Below are positions 62,951 to 64,000 of a stretch of DNA of 64,000 nucleotides, piece by piece (positions within the stretch are counted from its first letter, which is position 1; every line of letters starts with the position of its first letter). Source of the DNA: Cetorhinus maximus. Its lineage: Eukaryota. The stretch is taken from contig NC_135904.1 of the NCBI RefSeq assembly GCF_964194155.1, positions 992,001-1,056,000 on the forward strand, given 5' to 3'. A program made the position numbers and the translations under genes. The notes beneath the pieces were generated by a model that worked only from the letters and a program-made list of their open reading frames with translations, did not search any database and was not told where the DNA came from.

Positions 62951-64000
62951 GATGGATTCACCTTGTTCAGAGTTCTGTGACATTTTGATACCATCCTAAA
63001 TTCATAAGACTAGTGGATTGGTTTGCTTTGCCTGCAGAAAGACAGGACAAAGCAAATTTTCCTCAGTACATTTTGGGGATCTGTCATTTCTGGAATATGT
63101 ATTTCATGTAGTAGTAGAACCATGCAGGTGTGACTGTGTGTCACAGAATAGTGATGCCCAAGTAAGAGTATGACATTTATAGTGAATCTGATACATTATA
63201 TTACTAGTGGATCTCCTGTGGCATTGCACATGAAGAGTCAGAACCAAGTGTAGTCTGCAGATGAAATGGGGTTAGAGAGTTTGCAGTAACTAGTCTGCTT
63301 CTAAAATTTATACACGCATTCTATCGCTAAGGATAAGTTATAATTACAGCCTGACAAGTTTTACACAGGAAGTTTTAATTCTAATTCTGGATGTAGGAAG
63401 AGCAAAGAAGGCACGAAGTATAGACAGGTGGAAGTTTTCAGAAATAAGGGCTAAAATTAGCAATATTTCAAATGACTAACATTTCTAACCAGAATTTCCA
63501 ATTTATCTGATCCTCTCTTTTCCTGTTCCTGTTAACTCTAGTTGGGGCTGTAAATATACTTCAATCTCAATCAAAGCAAATATCCTAACTTACTGAGGTC
63601 TATTGTTAACAGCTAAAGCAAATAGTAACACCTCTGGATCTGTAAAATGGGTAATATTATTGAGCAGGATCTAATTCAATGCTTTTAAAATGTTTTCGAT
63701 TAGACTGATCATGTACAAAGATTCTGTTTGAGGGGTGCAAAGTGTTATATTATTTAAATCTTTAGACTCCCCAAGTACTTTCCTTAGCTTGCATATTCAT
63801 TCACTCACCCTCTTACCCTGTAGTTTTTCTTGTTCTCACTAGGCCATGTGTATTCGATAGTTTAAAGGACAAGCAAGTGGCTAGTACCAACATTTTGAAC
63901 CTGTCCGTTGTAATGTGAACGAGGATGGGCTCTGGTTACCTCTCTGCAGCTGCACTGTCATGATCAGCCAGGCTTGTATTCCTTTGGTCAGTGACTAAGG

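Overview
Vertebrate genomic DNA, most likely a cartilaginous fish (inferred from shark-type CR1/L2 LINEs, Deu-domain SINEs and Penelope-derived repeats). It holds two complete spliced genes on the + strand. CLPX (mitochondrial ClpXP AAA+ unfoldase) has 14 coding exons at 12977-50086, 632 aa by my exon sum, with one GC-AG intron. PDCD7 (U11-59K minor-spliceosome protein) has 5 coding exons at 54403-62879, 840 aa, with a greatly expanded His/Pro/Gln N-terminus. A CpG island at ~1.0-2.0 kb probably marks the first exon of an unidentified divergent gene. The rest is intron or intergenic DNA rich in decayed retroelements. The most unusual signals are: (1) a 4 x 159-bp array of a tRNA-headed mini-element with a hairpin tail, separated by five copies of a 16-bp target site; (2) a family of Penelope-associated, TSD-flanked fold-back elements carrying minimal hammerhead-ribozyme motifs; (3) a perfect U12-type 5' splice-site motif inside the last PDCD7 intron; (4) an inverted CR1 pair bracketing in-frame CLPX exons 4-5. 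All coordinates were read by eye. Exon boundaries were checked for frame continuity; repeat boundaries are approximate.
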